DNA of 64,000 bases, taken from the NCBI GenBank assembly GCA_003558065.1, contig PWMU01000050.1, positions 11,656 to 75,655 on the forward strand, written 5' to 3'. Positions 8,818-19,026 of the stretch are shown here, piece after piece (the stretch's first letter is position 1; each line of letters opens with the position of its first letter). The notes beneath the pieces were generated by a model. The model was not told the DNA's origin. It made no database searches and saw nothing but the letters and a program-made list of their open reading frames with translations. This stretch comes from Opitutia bacterium. Its GTDB lineage: Bacteria > Verrucomicrobiota > Verrucomicrobiia > Opitutales > T3Sed10-336. A program made the translations under genes and the position numbers.

Positions 8818-10803
8818 TCAGGGCCCCTCGTTTGCGCTCTCGAATAAGGCCCCAATTTCGTCGCCGAAAAAGCGCAACTCGCCGCGTGCTGCATTCACGT
8901 AGCTGGAAATATTCATGTCTTCATGCTCGCGGCGGAAACCGATGAGCTCCTGCAGGGCGCCGCGGGCATCCGGATCTTCATCGATCAGACTGCGGATGAA
9001 CCTCACCGAGAGTTGGCCGTGTTCCAGGCCGACTTGCAGGAATTTCACCCGCCGGGAGAATTCAGGCGATGGATCGGCGTTTGCGGCGTCCATCGCGTCC
9101 TTGAGAATGGCCTCCGCCGGGGGAAAAACTTCCGGCGGGTATTGCCGCGGCGCATACCTTGGATTGAAACGGATGTCATGCCACAGCCCGTCCTCGCGCA
9201 ACTGGTGATTGTGGTCTTCCCAGTAATCGAAGTAGCGTTCGACGTGTTCCGCCGCCGGGCCGAAGGCCGAGAAGTATTCTTTGCGAATACTCTCGATTGT
9301 CTGATCCGGATTCACGAGCAGTCGCAAATACATGTAATGCTCCGGGCCCTTAACCGCCCATTGACCGCTCAGGTCGTCGTAATCAATTCCGATCATGCCG
9401 TGTTGATAGGCGAAGCGGACAAACTCGCCCCCCTGCCAGGTGTTCACATGGGGCAAGACGTAGCCGGTCTTGGTGTGATTCGGGCGATAGGCCATGGTGA
9501 TACCGGTCTCGGCCCAACCCAACCACTGTTTCCGCTGCCATTCCAGCCGTTCCTCGGTTGCGGGATACCAGACCATGAACCGGCTCCAGGGTGTGAATTC
9601 CCCGTAGAAATTCTCGTTCAGCTCAATGTCGGTCAACGGGTGGGGAAAATAGTTTACGTATAGAAACGTGGTGACCAGCACATCGGGATTGCGCTCCACC
9701 GCCATCTCGCGGATTTTTTTCCAGAAACGGGCGTAGCGGTCGCTGATGATGCGTCCATCCGCATCTTCCGGCTGCGGGCCATCCCATGACAGGCAATCCT
9801 GGCAGTGGCAGTACGCGGCGGTGTCCGCCTCTCCCAGACGCAGGATGTCACCACCGTCCCACGCCTCCTCGACGATGTAGCTGTGCAATTCCGAATTGCT
9901 CACACACATGGCGACATGCCTTGTCTGGAATTCACCGGCATCGGGCCGGGGTCCCCGTTCGCCGTCTTCCCGCAGCATGAACCATTGCGGGTGTTCCTCG
10001 CCATAACGCTGCCACCAACCGCCGAAATAATGCCCCACCTGCGGTTTTGGCTCGGAGTAGCCGAGGCGGTGACGTCGCAGAAACACGACGAGGTCACGTC
10101 CATAGTTGCGCAAGCCTTCCCGGGAAAAGGCGATGCGCTCCTTCTCCTGAGAGTAACGCATCTCATGATCGCGATCAATCCATCCCGGTTCACGCGAAGC
10201 GCCACGCCACCCGAGGGCGTCTTCCACCCTGTTCCAGCGAAAACGCCTGAACCTCAGCGCCGGATCCACCGTCTCATCGAGCTCGCCGATCGCCAGGTAA
10301 TCCGCGGAGGGAACGTAGGTACCGGTTTCCCCGGGCCATAGCCAACGGACCCCGAGATAACGTTCGAGTAACTCGTAAACCCCAAACAGGGTCCCGCTTG
10401 CGGAATTGCGTTCATCGAGTGGGTCGGCCTCCCGGTCCTCGTCACCGAATACAAAGACTTGGTCCCCCTCCCGCCTCAAAACAAAGGCATCGGGCCCGAG
10501 CTGCGAATGATCCAATCCGAGCGCGCGCGCGGAGGCGGTCAACCCGATGATTATTCGCGCGGAAGGTTCATCCGGAAATTCGGATTCGGCAACCACCGGC
10601 AAGGCAACCCCGGTAGCCAGTTTCACGTGGTGGATGAACTCTTCGGCGGCGTACAGGGCGGTCGGTGAAGGATTGTCCGCCAGGACAACCACTCCTCCGG
10701 GCTCGCCGTCATCGACAATGAAAATATCTCCGCCGAACAAGGCGGGGTTGAATAATCCGCACGAAGGCAGGAAAGCATAAACAATCAGCCGGATAAGTTT
10801 CAT
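8818..10803 (-). CDS. Secreted DUF4838-like protein (putative glycoside-hydrolase-related)
   Basis: ATG 10803 gives MKLIRLIVYAFLPSCGLF (signal). Length is about 660 aa. The cysteine cluster AYCHCQDCLSWD and the overall layout recall DUF4838 proteins (memory, moderate certainty). Confidence 0.5.
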   Translation of the reverse strand: MKLIRLIVYAFLPSCGLFNPALFGGDIFIVDDGEPGGVVVLADNPSPTALYAAEEFIHHVKLATGVALPVVAESEFPDEPSARIIIGLTASARALGLDHSQLGPDAFVLRREGDQVFVFGDEDREADPLDERNSASGTLFGVYELLERYLGVRWLWPGETGTYVPSADYLAIGELDETVDPALRFRRFRWNRVEDALGWRGASREPGWIDRDHEMRYSQEKERIAFSREGLRNYGRDLVVFLRRHRLGYSEPKPQVGHYFGGWWQRYGEEHPQWFMLREDGERGPRPDAGEFQTRHVAMCVSNSELHSYIVEEAWDGGDILRLGEADTAAYCHCQDCLSWDGPQPEDADGRIISDRYARFWKKIREMAVERNPDVLVTTFLYVNYFPHPLTDIELNENFYGEFTPWSRFMVWYPATEERLEWQRKQWLGWAETGITMAYRPNHTKTGYVLPHVNTWQGGEFVRFAYQHGMIGIDYDDLSGQWAVKGPEHYMYLRLLVNPDQTIESIRKEYFSAFGPAAEHVERYFDYWEDHNHQLREDGLWHDIRFNPRYAPRQYPPEVFPPAEAILKDAMDAANADPSPEFSRRVKFLQVGLEHGQLSVRFIRSLIDEDPDARGALQELIGFRREHEDMNISSYVNAARGELRFFGDEIGALFESANEGP

Positions 10804-11086
10804 GATTGGTGTGGCTTGGGAATCCTCTGAGAGTAAGCCCATTAAGAATTCGTGATAGGGCCGGTTGCCGGTCTCTGTTGGCGGAACGCGGTTACAACGT
10901 TAGTTTGCCTTCCGGTTGCGGCGGGACAAGGCAAATAGCACTATTGAAAACGCATCAAGGCTACAGCGTGCCGGTGAAGGAAAGCAGGGCCCGCACCGTT
11001 CTCGTAACGGGCGCCACCGGTTATATCGGCGGCCGGCGGGCAGCGCCGGATAATCGGGTCGACCGGACGAAACAAAGCTACTACGA

Positions 11087-11764
11087 TTGTTTTACATGGG
11101 AACCTGGGAATTTTTTGTCTCCGCGTTGATATTTCTCTTCGTGATCGTCGACCCGGTCTCCACGGTACCGATTTTCCTCGGGATGACACCTGACAACTCA
11201 CGCGCCGAGCGGGAACGAATGGTGGCGGTTGCCTGTATTGTCACAGCGGGCATCCTTCTTTTTTTCGCCGCGGCGGGACTCCTGATTTTTTCCTACCTGG
11301 GAATCACTCTCCACGCGCTTCAAGTCGCGGGGGGAATCCTGCTCTTTGTGATCGCGCTCGATATGTTGATGGCCCGGGAGGCAAAGGGCAAATTGTCTTC
11401 CGGCGAAGAGGCGGCGGGGCGTACGAAGGATGACGTCGCAGTCACTCCCCTGGCCATTCCGTTGCTCGCAGGACCGGGCGCGATTTCGGCAGTCGTCATT
11501 CTGCAGGGACAGGCGGAAGGTTTGGAGCAGACCGGACTTTTGTATCTAGCTCTTGTCCTGGTACTGGCAGCAACCTTTGTTATCCTGCGCCTCGCCTGCG
11601 GGGGCGCCACCCTCATCCATCCGCTTGTCATGCAGGTTGTCCGTCGTACCAGCGGACTGGTTCTTGCCGCCATATCCATCCAGTTCATTCTCGACGGCCT
11701 GAGGGAGTCCAGGGTTTTCGTTGAGCCTCTTATGGAGATGCTGCGCGCTGCCGGGGCGCCTTGA
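11087..11764 (+). CDS. MarC family (UPF0056) integral membrane protein
   Basis: FLFVIVDPVSTVPIFLGMT and LAIPLLAGPGAIS motifs, with six hydrophobic segments. The start could be ATG 11096. Confidence 0.8.
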   Translation: MFYMGTWEFFVSALIFLFVIVDPVSTVPIFLGMTPDNSRAERERMVAVACIVTAGILLFFAAAGLLIFSYLGITLHALQVAGGILLFVIALDMLMAREAKGKLSSGEEAAGRTKDDVAVTPLAIPLLAGPGAISAVVILQGQAEGLEQTGLLYLALVLVLAATFVILRLACGGATLIHPLVMQVVRRTSGLVLAAISIQFILDGLRESRVFVEPLMEMLRAAGAP

Positions 11765-11807
11765 CCCTTGGTGAAACCACAATCGCGGGGGCCGGTGGGG
11801 GCGTTCG

Positions 11808-12044
11808 GTGACCTGGTTCCGGATGCCCGGAAGCGAAACAGGGAGCGGGGCGGTTGGCGCAACGGGAGTGGGGTATGTCGGCTTCAGTTTCGAGTCGGGG
11901 GAGGGGACCCGTTACGGGTGGCTGCGTATCGAATCCCGGGAGGCTGTTGTCCCGAACACCTATCTTCACTCCAGAGATACCCTCTTTCTGCCTGGCATCA
12001 AATCCACAGGCAACAACATCGGGGGTATCCCCGATCCATCTTGA
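11808..12044 (+). CDS. Small orphan ORF with a YVGFSF..G..YGWLRI motif (possibly a gene fragment)
   Basis: 78 aa. GVGYVGFSFESGEGTRYGWLRIE resembles a motif common in secreted or PEP-CTERM-type proteins of PVC bacteria (memory). No signal peptide or anchor is present. Confidence 0.2.
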   Translation: MTWFRMPGSETGSGAVGATGVGYVGFSFESGEGTRYGWLRIESREAVVPNTYLHSRDTLFLPGIKSTGNNIGGIPDPS

Positions 12045-12201
12045 CGAACTGCTCAGACATGCCGCCCCCATCATTGCCTGCCGTCCGGACGACAGCCAGG
12101 GCATTGCGATCCGACGGTTGCGTCAGACGTCAGGTTCGTTAGTTTGGGGTCAGGCGAACGGTACTGAAGCAATTTCCATCCGGCAGAGGTAACAGCATTA
12201 G

Positions 12202-15200
12202 ATGAATCGGTTTTTTTATTATTTCATTCGGGTGCTCGCAGCGGGCGCGGGCATTCTGGCGGTGGCGATCGCCGTGCTCTTTATTCCCGGAGTCCAGAAG
12301 TCGTTAATGACGTGGGTGCTCTCCGGTCCGGAGACCGAGGTGTCCATCGATGAGGTTCGCCTGCGACCCGGGTCCGCGGTGATCCGGGGGTTTGATATGG
12401 CGACGCCGGAGGCGAGGGTTCAATTCGCGGACCTCGACTCCCGCTTCCGGCCGGCCGCGTTCATTTTCCGCGGGACCGTGGACGTGGAGTCGTTGACTCT
12501 CGCGGGATTGACCATCGAAACGGAAGAGGCGGAAGAACCTGAGGAAATCGATTTTTGGGAGGTTTTCGATGGGATCCTCAAACAGCCTCCGGTGGATTTT
12601 CGTGTGGCGACGGCCGAAATCGACGGCGTTTTCCGGTCCCCCGGCGCGCCCGCCGTCGAATTCGTTCTGCAGGGACGGGATCTGAATTCACGGAGCGATA
12701 CCGGCCGGATCGAGATCCGGTTGGCTACGGACGATGAGATGCTTCCCGGTGAGGGTTTATGGTTTGCGGAGATCGAAGTCCGTCCGGAATTCGATGGAGA
12801 GGGGCTCTTCCGCCATCTTTGCGCCGACCTGACCGTGGGCGAATCCGCGGCGGGGGATCCGTTCTTGGTTTCGGAGCTTTGTGCTTCGCGCAGCGACGAT
12901 GGAGAAGAATACCGGATTGAAGTGCGTTCGCCGAAAGGTGCGGAGCCGGACCGTGCGTTGCTGACCGGGAACGCCGAATGGTTGCGGGGGGCGCGGGAGG
13001 CGAGCGGGGCGATCGACCTGGACGTCAGTCGCGCCCGCCCGCCGCTTGACGGTTTCGATGACAGGATTCCGGAATTCCGGCTTCATGGGCGGACCGAATT
13101 CGCCGTTTCCCCGGAAGGCGACCTCCGCTTGGCCAGCGAGACAGGCGCCAGACTTTTCGAGTTGGCCGCTCGGTTGGGGATACCCGAGGAATTCGATGAA
13201 CTGACGGTCGATTCTTCGGTCGATCTTGTCGTTTCTCCCACCCGCCTCTCGGTCAACGCCCTGAATATTGGCGTATCCGGAGGAAACAACACGGATCTCG
13301 CCCGGGTGCATGCCCCTTCCTCTCTCGATATCGGGTTTGGAGACGAGTCGTGGAGTTTGGCCGACAGCAGCGACCCGCTCCTGGTGATCGCTATTCCCGG
13401 TATTCCTGCGGAGTTGGTGGATGTCTTTGTTGAGGATTACCGGTTTACTGCGGCTCCGGTTACGGCGGAGTTCGCGCTGTATGCGAGGGACGGACGATTT
13501 GAAATGGATACCCGGCGGCCGCTGAACGTGAGCCGTCTTTCCCTGGCCGGCCCCGAGGGAATCCTTCTGGAGCGGACCGACATCAACTTGAGTCCGTCCG
13601 GATTCCTTTCAGCATCGGAATTCGGGATACACCTGGCCGCGGACGCGTCCGCGCCGCAATTGAATTCCCTCGCACTGGAAATTCAATCATCGGGCGCCTT
13701 TCCGCTTGCCGAGACGACCTCAACGATACAGCTGCAGGCCGGCGGGCTCCCGGTTGAAGGGCCGTTTTCGGAGGTTGTGATGAACGGGACCTTTCATACC
13801 GGGCACGAGAATGGGAGTCCTCTTCCGAGTCGTGTCCGCTTTGAAGGCGATGCCGAAGGCACCGCGCGCCCGAGCGCTCCGGCGGAGCTTCCCGGCCGCG
13901 TGGCCTGGGATGGCGAACTCGCACGGAATTCCGGAAGCGTGCCTTATGAACTGAACGTGTTTCTTCCCGAGAACAATGACACAGGGGGTTCTCCAGCCGT
14001 TTCGGTCGTCGGAACGGTCGATCCCGACTGGCGGCAAACCGAAGGCCGAGTTCGTTGGGGCCTTCCGGATTGGTGGACTCAGGCGCTGGCTGACCGGCAT
14101 GAGGGCGTGCAGGCTCTTCACCTGGCCGGGGAACTTGACTATGGCGGCGCGCTTTCTCCCGCGGATTTCCGGGTGACCGGTTCCGGAGGACTGCACGTGG
14201 ATACCGGTGAACGCGCCCTGCCGGGAGAAGGGAGGTTTTCCTTGAGCGCTGACGCGGGTTTTCGCCTTGGCGATACGGTTGTTCTGGAGTCGTTCGATGC
14301 GGCGGTATCTCCGGAAGGCGGTGAAGCTCTTGTGCGTGCCGGACTTCGCCGGGCGATTGCCTTCGGCGAGGAGGGGACGGTTTTCGACCAACTGCCCCAG
14401 GGGGAGCTGTTGGAGATTGATTTCGGTGAACTTCGGCTGGAGGAGTGGATTCCGGAGGCGCAGCGCGGTGAGTTCACGGGCGGCGAGGTACGGGGCGGTT
14501 TCAAGCTGTATCGGGAAAATAATGACCTTCATTTTCGCCCCAAAGAAGGCGCGGTGGAACTTGCCGGGGTGCGTCTCGGACGATTTAACGGAGGGGAGAA
14601 TCCGGTCTTGAGTATGGTATTCGCCCCCCGCGCCGTCCTCAATGAGTCGGGGTTGAGCTTTGGAGTGGATGATTGGGTTCTTTATGCAGACCAGGTGGCG
14701 CTTCTGGAGGCCGCGTTGTCCGGTACCCTGGCGCTGAACGGAATCGATGAGAACGCGGCGCCGGTGGTCGGCACGTTAGATTTGAACGGCGACCTGGCGT
14801 CGGTTGAAAGCCTGTTGGGCGAAGGCTATTTTCCTCGTTTGGCGGCAGGTGTTTTTGAGCTGCAGTCGGAATTTGAATACATGCCGGAGGACGGGCGTAC
14901 CGTTGTCGAGGGGCATTTCCTGGTTCCGGAATTGCGGGGACGCGATCCGGATGCGGTCTTTTCCATCGAATCGGATTTTTCCGGGCAATCCGTCGATTCC
15001 TCGACCGAGGTTCGGTTGATTGCAGGGATCGAAAGAAGCGGATCCCTGCAGGATCTCGATATTGCCGTGGAGGCTCTGCCGAACGGATCCGGGACGTTGC
15101 CTTCGGTGACCGTTCGTGCGGTCAGCGACTTCCTGGATCTTGTCGAGCTCCAGGCACTGGCCGGGATCTTCGAAGGCGAACCCGCTCCTGACGAGCCGCC

Positions 15201-16194
15201 TCCCGAAGCGCCAGCCCCCCTGAGCGAACTGCTTCCGGTGGCACTTGATGCCGAGCTTAACGTTTCAAGGATGCGGGTTATGCCGGATTTCGATCTTTCT
15301 TCCGTCAGCGTCCAATTGGATGGCGGCGACGAAAGGATCCGGTTGCGGGAAATGCGCGCCCGTTTGCCGGAGGAGGCTGAGATCGATTTGACGGGAACGC
15401 TTGCGATTAACGAAGGCATCCTGTCGCTTGTCTCGTCGGGTTCCGGGAGGGCGATACGGATCGAGCAACTCCTGCGGAAAACCCAGGGTATTGCCGAGCC
15501 CGACATCGAGGGCAGCCTGGCATTCGATTACGACGTGTCCGCGCGCGGCGCCCGGCCGGAGGAATTGGTGCGTTACCTGGAGGGGGCCTTCAATCTGACC
15601 GCATCGGAGGGCCGTATCCGGTTGACCATTCCGGATGGAAGGATGGATCGCCTTCGCAGGATTCTCAATATGCAGGAGGGCGCCATCGGCTCCGCGGTGG
15701 CCCGGCTCGCCGGCGCGCCTCCAGGCGTTCAAGCCCTGGCCGACAGCATTAGCCTGCTCACCAACATTCCCTACGAATCTCTCGATGTCGCCCTGGTCAT
15801 GACCGAGGAAGGGCGGACCCTCGAGGTCGACCGGCTGGAGTTTGTCGGGCCGTACCTCTATGCGGACGGAAGCGGCCGGCTGGAGGATGTCGATCTTGAT
15901 GCCCTGGACGACACCCGGCTCAACCTCGAGGTCAACCTGGGAACACGACGTGCCTTGCGCGAGCAGTTCGAAATCCTGGACCTGCTTTCGCCGAACCGAA
16001 ATCACCTGGGCTACCAGATGCTGCGGCAGCGACCGGTTTCGGTTACCGGAACGCTCGGGGATCCCGATCTGCGCGATGTATGGAACCTCCTGATCCAGGC
16101 CGGCACCGGCGCGGCGACCGCACGGGAATCGCCCGGGCGGGAGGAACGTTCGCCCTCGCCGTTCGACGCTATTCGCGACGTGCTGGGATTGTAG
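12202..16194 (+). CDS. Giant (1330 aa) N-terminally anchored AsmA/TamB-like protein
   Basis: N-terminal TM helix FIRVLAAGAGILAVAIAVLFIPG. The body is long, acidic and repeat-poor. The C-terminal RPVSVTGTLGDPDL is like the end of AsmA-family proteins (memory). It is the only long ORF in this stretch with a sensible composition. Confidence 0.55.
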   Translation: MNRFFYYFIRVLAAGAGILAVAIAVLFIPGVQKSLMTWVLSGPETEVSIDEVRLRPGSAVIRGFDMATPEARVQFADLDSRFRPAAFIFRGTVDVESLTLAGLTIETEEAEEPEEIDFWEVFDGILKQPPVDFRVATAEIDGVFRSPGAPAVEFVLQGRDLNSRSDTGRIEIRLATDDEMLPGEGLWFAEIEVRPEFDGEGLFRHLCADLTVGESAAGDPFLVSELCASRSDDGEEYRIEVRSPKGAEPDRALLTGNAEWLRGAREASGAIDLDVSRARPPLDGFDDRIPEFRLHGRTEFAVSPEGDLRLASETGARLFELAARLGIPEEFDELTVDSSVDLVVSPTRLSVNALNIGVSGGNNTDLARVHAPSSLDIGFGDESWSLADSSDPLLVIAIPGIPAELVDVFVEDYRFTAAPVTAEFALYARDGRFEMDTRRPLNVSRLSLAGPEGILLERTDINLSPSGFLSASEFGIHLAADASAPQLNSLALEIQSSGAFPLAETTSTIQLQAGGLPVEGPFSEVVMNGTFHTGHENGSPLPSRVRFEGDAEGTARPSAPAELPGRVAWDGELARNSGSVPYELNVFLPENNDTGGSPAVSVVGTVDPDWRQTEGRVRWGLPDWWTQALADRHEGVQALHLAGELDYGGALSPADFRVTGSGGLHVDTGERALPGEGRFSLSADAGFRLGDTVVLESFDAAVSPEGGEALVRAGLRRAIAFGEEGTVFDQLPQGELLEIDFGELRLEEWIPEAQRGEFTGGEVRGGFKLYRENNDLHFRPKEGAVELAGVRLGRFNGGENPVLSMVFAPRAVLNESGLSFGVDDWVLYADQVALLEAALSGTLALNGIDENAAPVVGTLDLNGDLASVESLLGEGYFPRLAAGVFELQSEFEYMPEDGRTVVEGHFLVPELRGRDPDAVFSIESDFSGQSVDSSTEVRLIAGIERSGSLQDLDIAVEALPNGSGTLPSVTVRAVSDFLDLVELQALAGIFEGEPAPDEPPPEAPAPLSELLPVALDAELNVSRMRVMPDFDLSSVSVQLDGGDERIRLREMRARLPEEAEIDLTGTLAINEGILSLVSSGSGRAIRIEQLLRKTQGIAEPDIEGSLAFDYDVSARGARPEELVRYLEGAFNLTASEGRIRLTIPDGRMDRLRRILNMQEGAIGSAVARLAGAPPGVQALADSISLLTNIPYESLDVALVMTEEGRTLEVDRLEFVGPYLYADGSGRLEDVDLDALDDTRLNLEVNLGTRRALREQFEILDLLSPNRNHLGYQMLRQRPVSVTGTLGDPDLRDVWNLLIQAGTGAATARESPGREERSPSPFDAIRDVLGL

Positions 16195-16457
16195 GGCAGA
16201 CCGGGATCTAGCCGACTGTCGAACTTAGGCTACCGCCCAAGCCGGACAGACTCCTGGCCGGGGCGCCCTGATCCCGGCGCCGGGTTCGCGGGATCGGGGT
16301 TGACTCCCCGGACGCCCCCAGACCCTCGGCGAGACGAACCTCAATGAGATTCCCGCACCGCCGGAGTTTCCGAGCCGGGGGACGCGCGGGGGATCTGCCG
16401 GGCGTATGACAGGAAAGGGCGGGTAGTCAGCGGCGGCGTACCCGGCGGGTTCGGGGT

Positions 16458-17456
16458 TTAGAACAGGGCGTTGGCGGTGATGCCGACCGCGGTGATGGGT
16501 CCCTGATCGCCCAGGCCGTCGATGGTCCGTTCGGCTTTCTGCAGGAGTGCCTGCAGGTCTTTGTAGAGGGTATCGTCGGCCAGCAGCATGCCGAGGGTTC
16601 CCTCGCCCGCCGCCAGTTGATCGGATACTTGTCCCAGGTTGCGCGCGATCTTGCGAATTTCCTCGGCCGTCGAGTCGTCGTAGAGGAGCATGCCGATCGT
16701 TCCCTCGCCGCTTTTGACCTGGTCGACGATCTCGCGCAAGTCTTTCACCAGGAGCGTGGCTTCGTCGGTGGTCCCCTCGATGCTTTTCCCGATATTCATG
16801 AGGGACTCGTACGCTTCGTCGTCGTGGATCAGTCTGCCGAGGGTGCCTTCGCCCCGGGTGAGGGCGTCGGATACTTCCCGGAGATTGCTCAGGGTTTCCC
16901 GCAGGTTTTCCCGGTTTTCGGTCACCATGTGGTTCAGGTTGCGGACCAGCCCGTCTTGTTCGTCGTCACCGGTGAGCTCGTTTACTGCCCGGCTCATGTC
17001 CTCAAGGAAATCCTCCACCCGCCCGGTCATCTCTCCGATCTGGGCAAAGGCTTCGTTGAAATCCGGTGTCGAGCGGGTGGGGATTGTGGAATTCGGTTCC
17101 AGATTGGTTTCGCTTTGGCCGACCTGGATCGAAAGGAAATTATTACCCAAAAGCCCGGCCATGGCCACCGTTGCGACCGAATCCTCCGGGATTTCCACCT
17201 CCGGATTGATGGTCAAAAGGGCTTCTCCCCGGCCCCGCACCAGTTCGGTCCGGGTGACAGTGCCAATCTTGACTCCCGCCATGCGGACCTCGTCTCCCAC
17301 TTTGAGCTGCTTCAGGTCATCAAATTGAGCGGCGAGCGGATAGCCTTCTTCGCGGAAAAAGGTGCCGTCACCCAACGACTGGTAAACGATCCAGATGAGG
17401 ACGACGCCAAGCAGAAAGAAAAGCCCGACGCGGGCGGTGTTCAAGGTGTGGCTCAT
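16458..17456 (-). CDS. mlaD: MlaD/MCE-domain lipid-transport protein
   Basis: TM anchor VGLFFLLGVVLIWIVY. MCE core LKVGDEVRMAGVKIGTVT. Three C-terminal GEGT(L/I)G(R/M)L(I/L)xDD repeats. Confidence 0.8.
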   Translation of the reverse strand: MSHTLNTARVGLFFLLGVVLIWIVYQSLGDGTFFREEGYPLAAQFDDLKQLKVGDEVRMAGVKIGTVTRTELVRGRGEALLTINPEVEIPEDSVATVAMAGLLGNNFLSIQVGQSETNLEPNSTIPTRSTPDFNEAFAQIGEMTGRVEDFLEDMSRAVNELTGDDEQDGLVRNLNHMVTENRENLRETLSNLREVSDALTRGEGTLGRLIHDDEAYESLMNIGKSIEGTTDEATLLVKDLREIVDQVKSGEGTIGMLLYDDSTAEEIRKIARNLGQVSDQLAAGEGTLGMLLADDTLYKDLQALLQKAERTIDGLGDQGPITAVGITANALF

Positions 17457-17461
17457 TGCGG

Positions 17462-18247
17462 TTAGTCTTTTCTTTTGAATCGGGGATTCTTGATATCGAT
17501 AACGGGATTGAGGAAATCCTTCACTTTCGGGTTGTCGGACTTTTTGATGTTTTCACGGGTGTCCACTTCGAGCAGATCACCGTGCATCAGAATGGCCACC
17601 CGGTCGGCGATCGTCAAGGCGAGGTCCCGGTCATGCGAGACCACCAGGCTGGTGACACCGAACTCTTCCCGCAGATCGGCGATGATTTCACTGATGGTGG
17701 CGCCCATGGTCGGGTCGAGCTCGGAGGTCGGCTCGTCGTAGAGAATCAATTCCGGCTCCATGACCAGGGCTCGGGCGATCGCGACGCGTTTTCGCATACC
17801 GCCGCTCAGCTGAGACGGGAATTTTTCGGCGGCGTCTTCGAGCGAAAGGGTTTCGAGGGCTTTCATCACTTTGTCCCTGAGGGCTTTTTTGTCATAGAGC
17901 CGGTGCTCGCGCGGGTAGAGCGCGAGATTATCGAAGACGCTCATCGAATTAAACAGGGCGCCCGCCTGGAAAACCAGCGCCATGTGCAGTTGGCTGCGGG
18001 TTTTGGGTTCGGCAATATCCATTCCGTCAATCACGATCCGGCCGTTGGTCGGGATCTCCAGTCCGGCAACGTGCTTGAGCAGCACGCTTTTGCCGGAACC
18101 GCTGGGGCACATGATGACAAAAATCTCGCCCGGTTCGACCTCAAGGGAAACGTGACGGAGGACCTCGACCGAATCGTAGCTCTTGCTGAAATCCTCGATT
18201 TTCAGTCCGATCGATGTTCGTTTTTGTTCTTTTGTGTCAGACGTCAT
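17462..18247 (-). CDS. mlaF: ABC transporter ATP-binding protein, MlaF-like
   Basis: True start ATG 18247 (MTSDTKEQK...). Walker A CPSGSGKS, signature LSGGMRKR, Walker B LILYDEPTSELD. The 490-aa track ORF is an R/P-rich upstream extension overlapping mlaE. Confidence 0.85.
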   Translation of the reverse strand: MTSDTKEQKRTSIGLKIEDFSKSYDSVEVLRHVSLEVEPGEIFVIMCPSGSGKSVLLKHVAGLEIPTNGRIVIDGMDIAEPKTRSQLHMALVFQAGALFNSMSVFDNLALYPREHRLYDKKALRDKVMKALETLSLEDAAEKFPSQLSGGMRKRVAIARALVMEPELILYDEPTSELDPTMGATISEIIADLREEFGVTSLVVSHDRDLALTIADRVAILMHGDLLEVDTRENIKKSDNPKVKDFLNPVIDIKNPRFKRKD

Positions 18248-18267
18248 AACCGTGATGGGGAAGTGAA

Positions 18268-19026
18268 TCAAAACTTCAGCAGCACACTGGTGACGAAGTA
18301 GTCGAGAAGGAGGATGAGGATCAGCGAGATTACGACCGCACGGGTCACCGAGCTTCCGATCTCCCGCGGGCCGCCTACGGTTTGCAGACCGACGTTGCAG
18401 CAAACCAGGATGGTGACGAAGCCGAAAATCTCGGCTTTGATCAAACCGTCGAGAATATCGCGGAAAGTGACGAAGTTCTTGATTCCCTGGAAGTAGATGC
18501 GGGTATCGAGCTGAATGAAGTCGACATTTTGCGCGACAACGGCGCCCCCGATCCAGCCGATGAGGTTGGCGATGATGGTGAGTATCGGCATCATGATCAG
18601 TATCGCAATCAGGCGAGGCATCACCAGGATGCGCTCCGGAGGAATGTTCATGGTCACCAGCGCGTCCACCTCCTGGTAAACCTTCATGGTGGCGAGTTCC
18701 GCTGAGATCGCCGAGCCGACACGTCCCGCCACGAGAATCGCGGTCATCACCGGAGCGAGCTCCCGGGCCAGCGAGAGGCCGACCAGGGAGCCGATGAAGT
18801 CCTGGGCGGCGACCGGGGCGAGGCTGTAGCCGGCCTGAAGCGCGAGCACGCCGCCGATAAAGAAACTCAGGATGGCGACGATGGGAAGAGTGGTGTAGCC
18901 GATCAGGTAGCATTGCTCGACCAAACGGTACCATTGTCGCGGGAGACAGGGGAGATAGGAGAAGGCGCGAAGGGCGAGTATGATCGTGCTGCCAAAGTCC
19001 TCCAGGATTTTATTGATCTGTTTCAT
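18268..19026 (-). CDS. mlaE: ABC transporter permease, MlaE-like
   Basis: 252 aa and polytopic. LARELAPVMTAILVAGRVGSAISAELATMKVYQEVDAL is the conserved MlaE core. Confidence 0.85.
   Translation of the reverse strand: MKQINKILEDFGSTIILALRAFSYLPCLPRQWYRLVEQCYLIGYTTLPIVAILSFFIGGVLALQAGYSLAPVAAQDFIGSLVGLSLARELAPVMTAILVAGRVGSAISAELATMKVYQEVDALVTMNIPPERILVMPRLIAILIMMPILTIIANLIGWIGGAVVAQNVDFIQLDTRIYFQGIKNFVTFRDILDGLIKAEIFGFVTILVCCNVGLQTVGGPREIGSSVTRAVVISLILILLLDYFVTSVLLKF

Noticed and set aside
7152-8894. 580-aa ORF antisense to the amidohydrolase gene. Other long antisense ORFs are similar: 23796..25547, 26129..27970, 33738..35021, 45032..46321, 52015..52992, 57136..58215 and 59048..60622.
   Set aside because: These are typical high-GC shadow ORFs. 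They are rich in R/P/G/H, have no recognisable motifs, and each lies opposite a gene with strong family signatures.
16195-16457. 264-nt ORF-free GC-rich spacer between the convergent giant gene and mlaD, considered as a possible ncRNA.
   Set aside because: I saw only short palindromes (gatcccg…cgggatc at 16270..16295, cccggcgccggg). There is no tRNA-like or known RNA motif and no U-tracts. It is probably just terminator or REP-type structure.
18248-18934. N-terminal 229-codon extension of the MlaF ORF (track ORF 17462..18934, 490 aa).
   Set aside because: The extension is R/P/G-rich and fully overlaps mlaE in another frame. ATG 18247 gives a normal 261-aa ABC ATPase.
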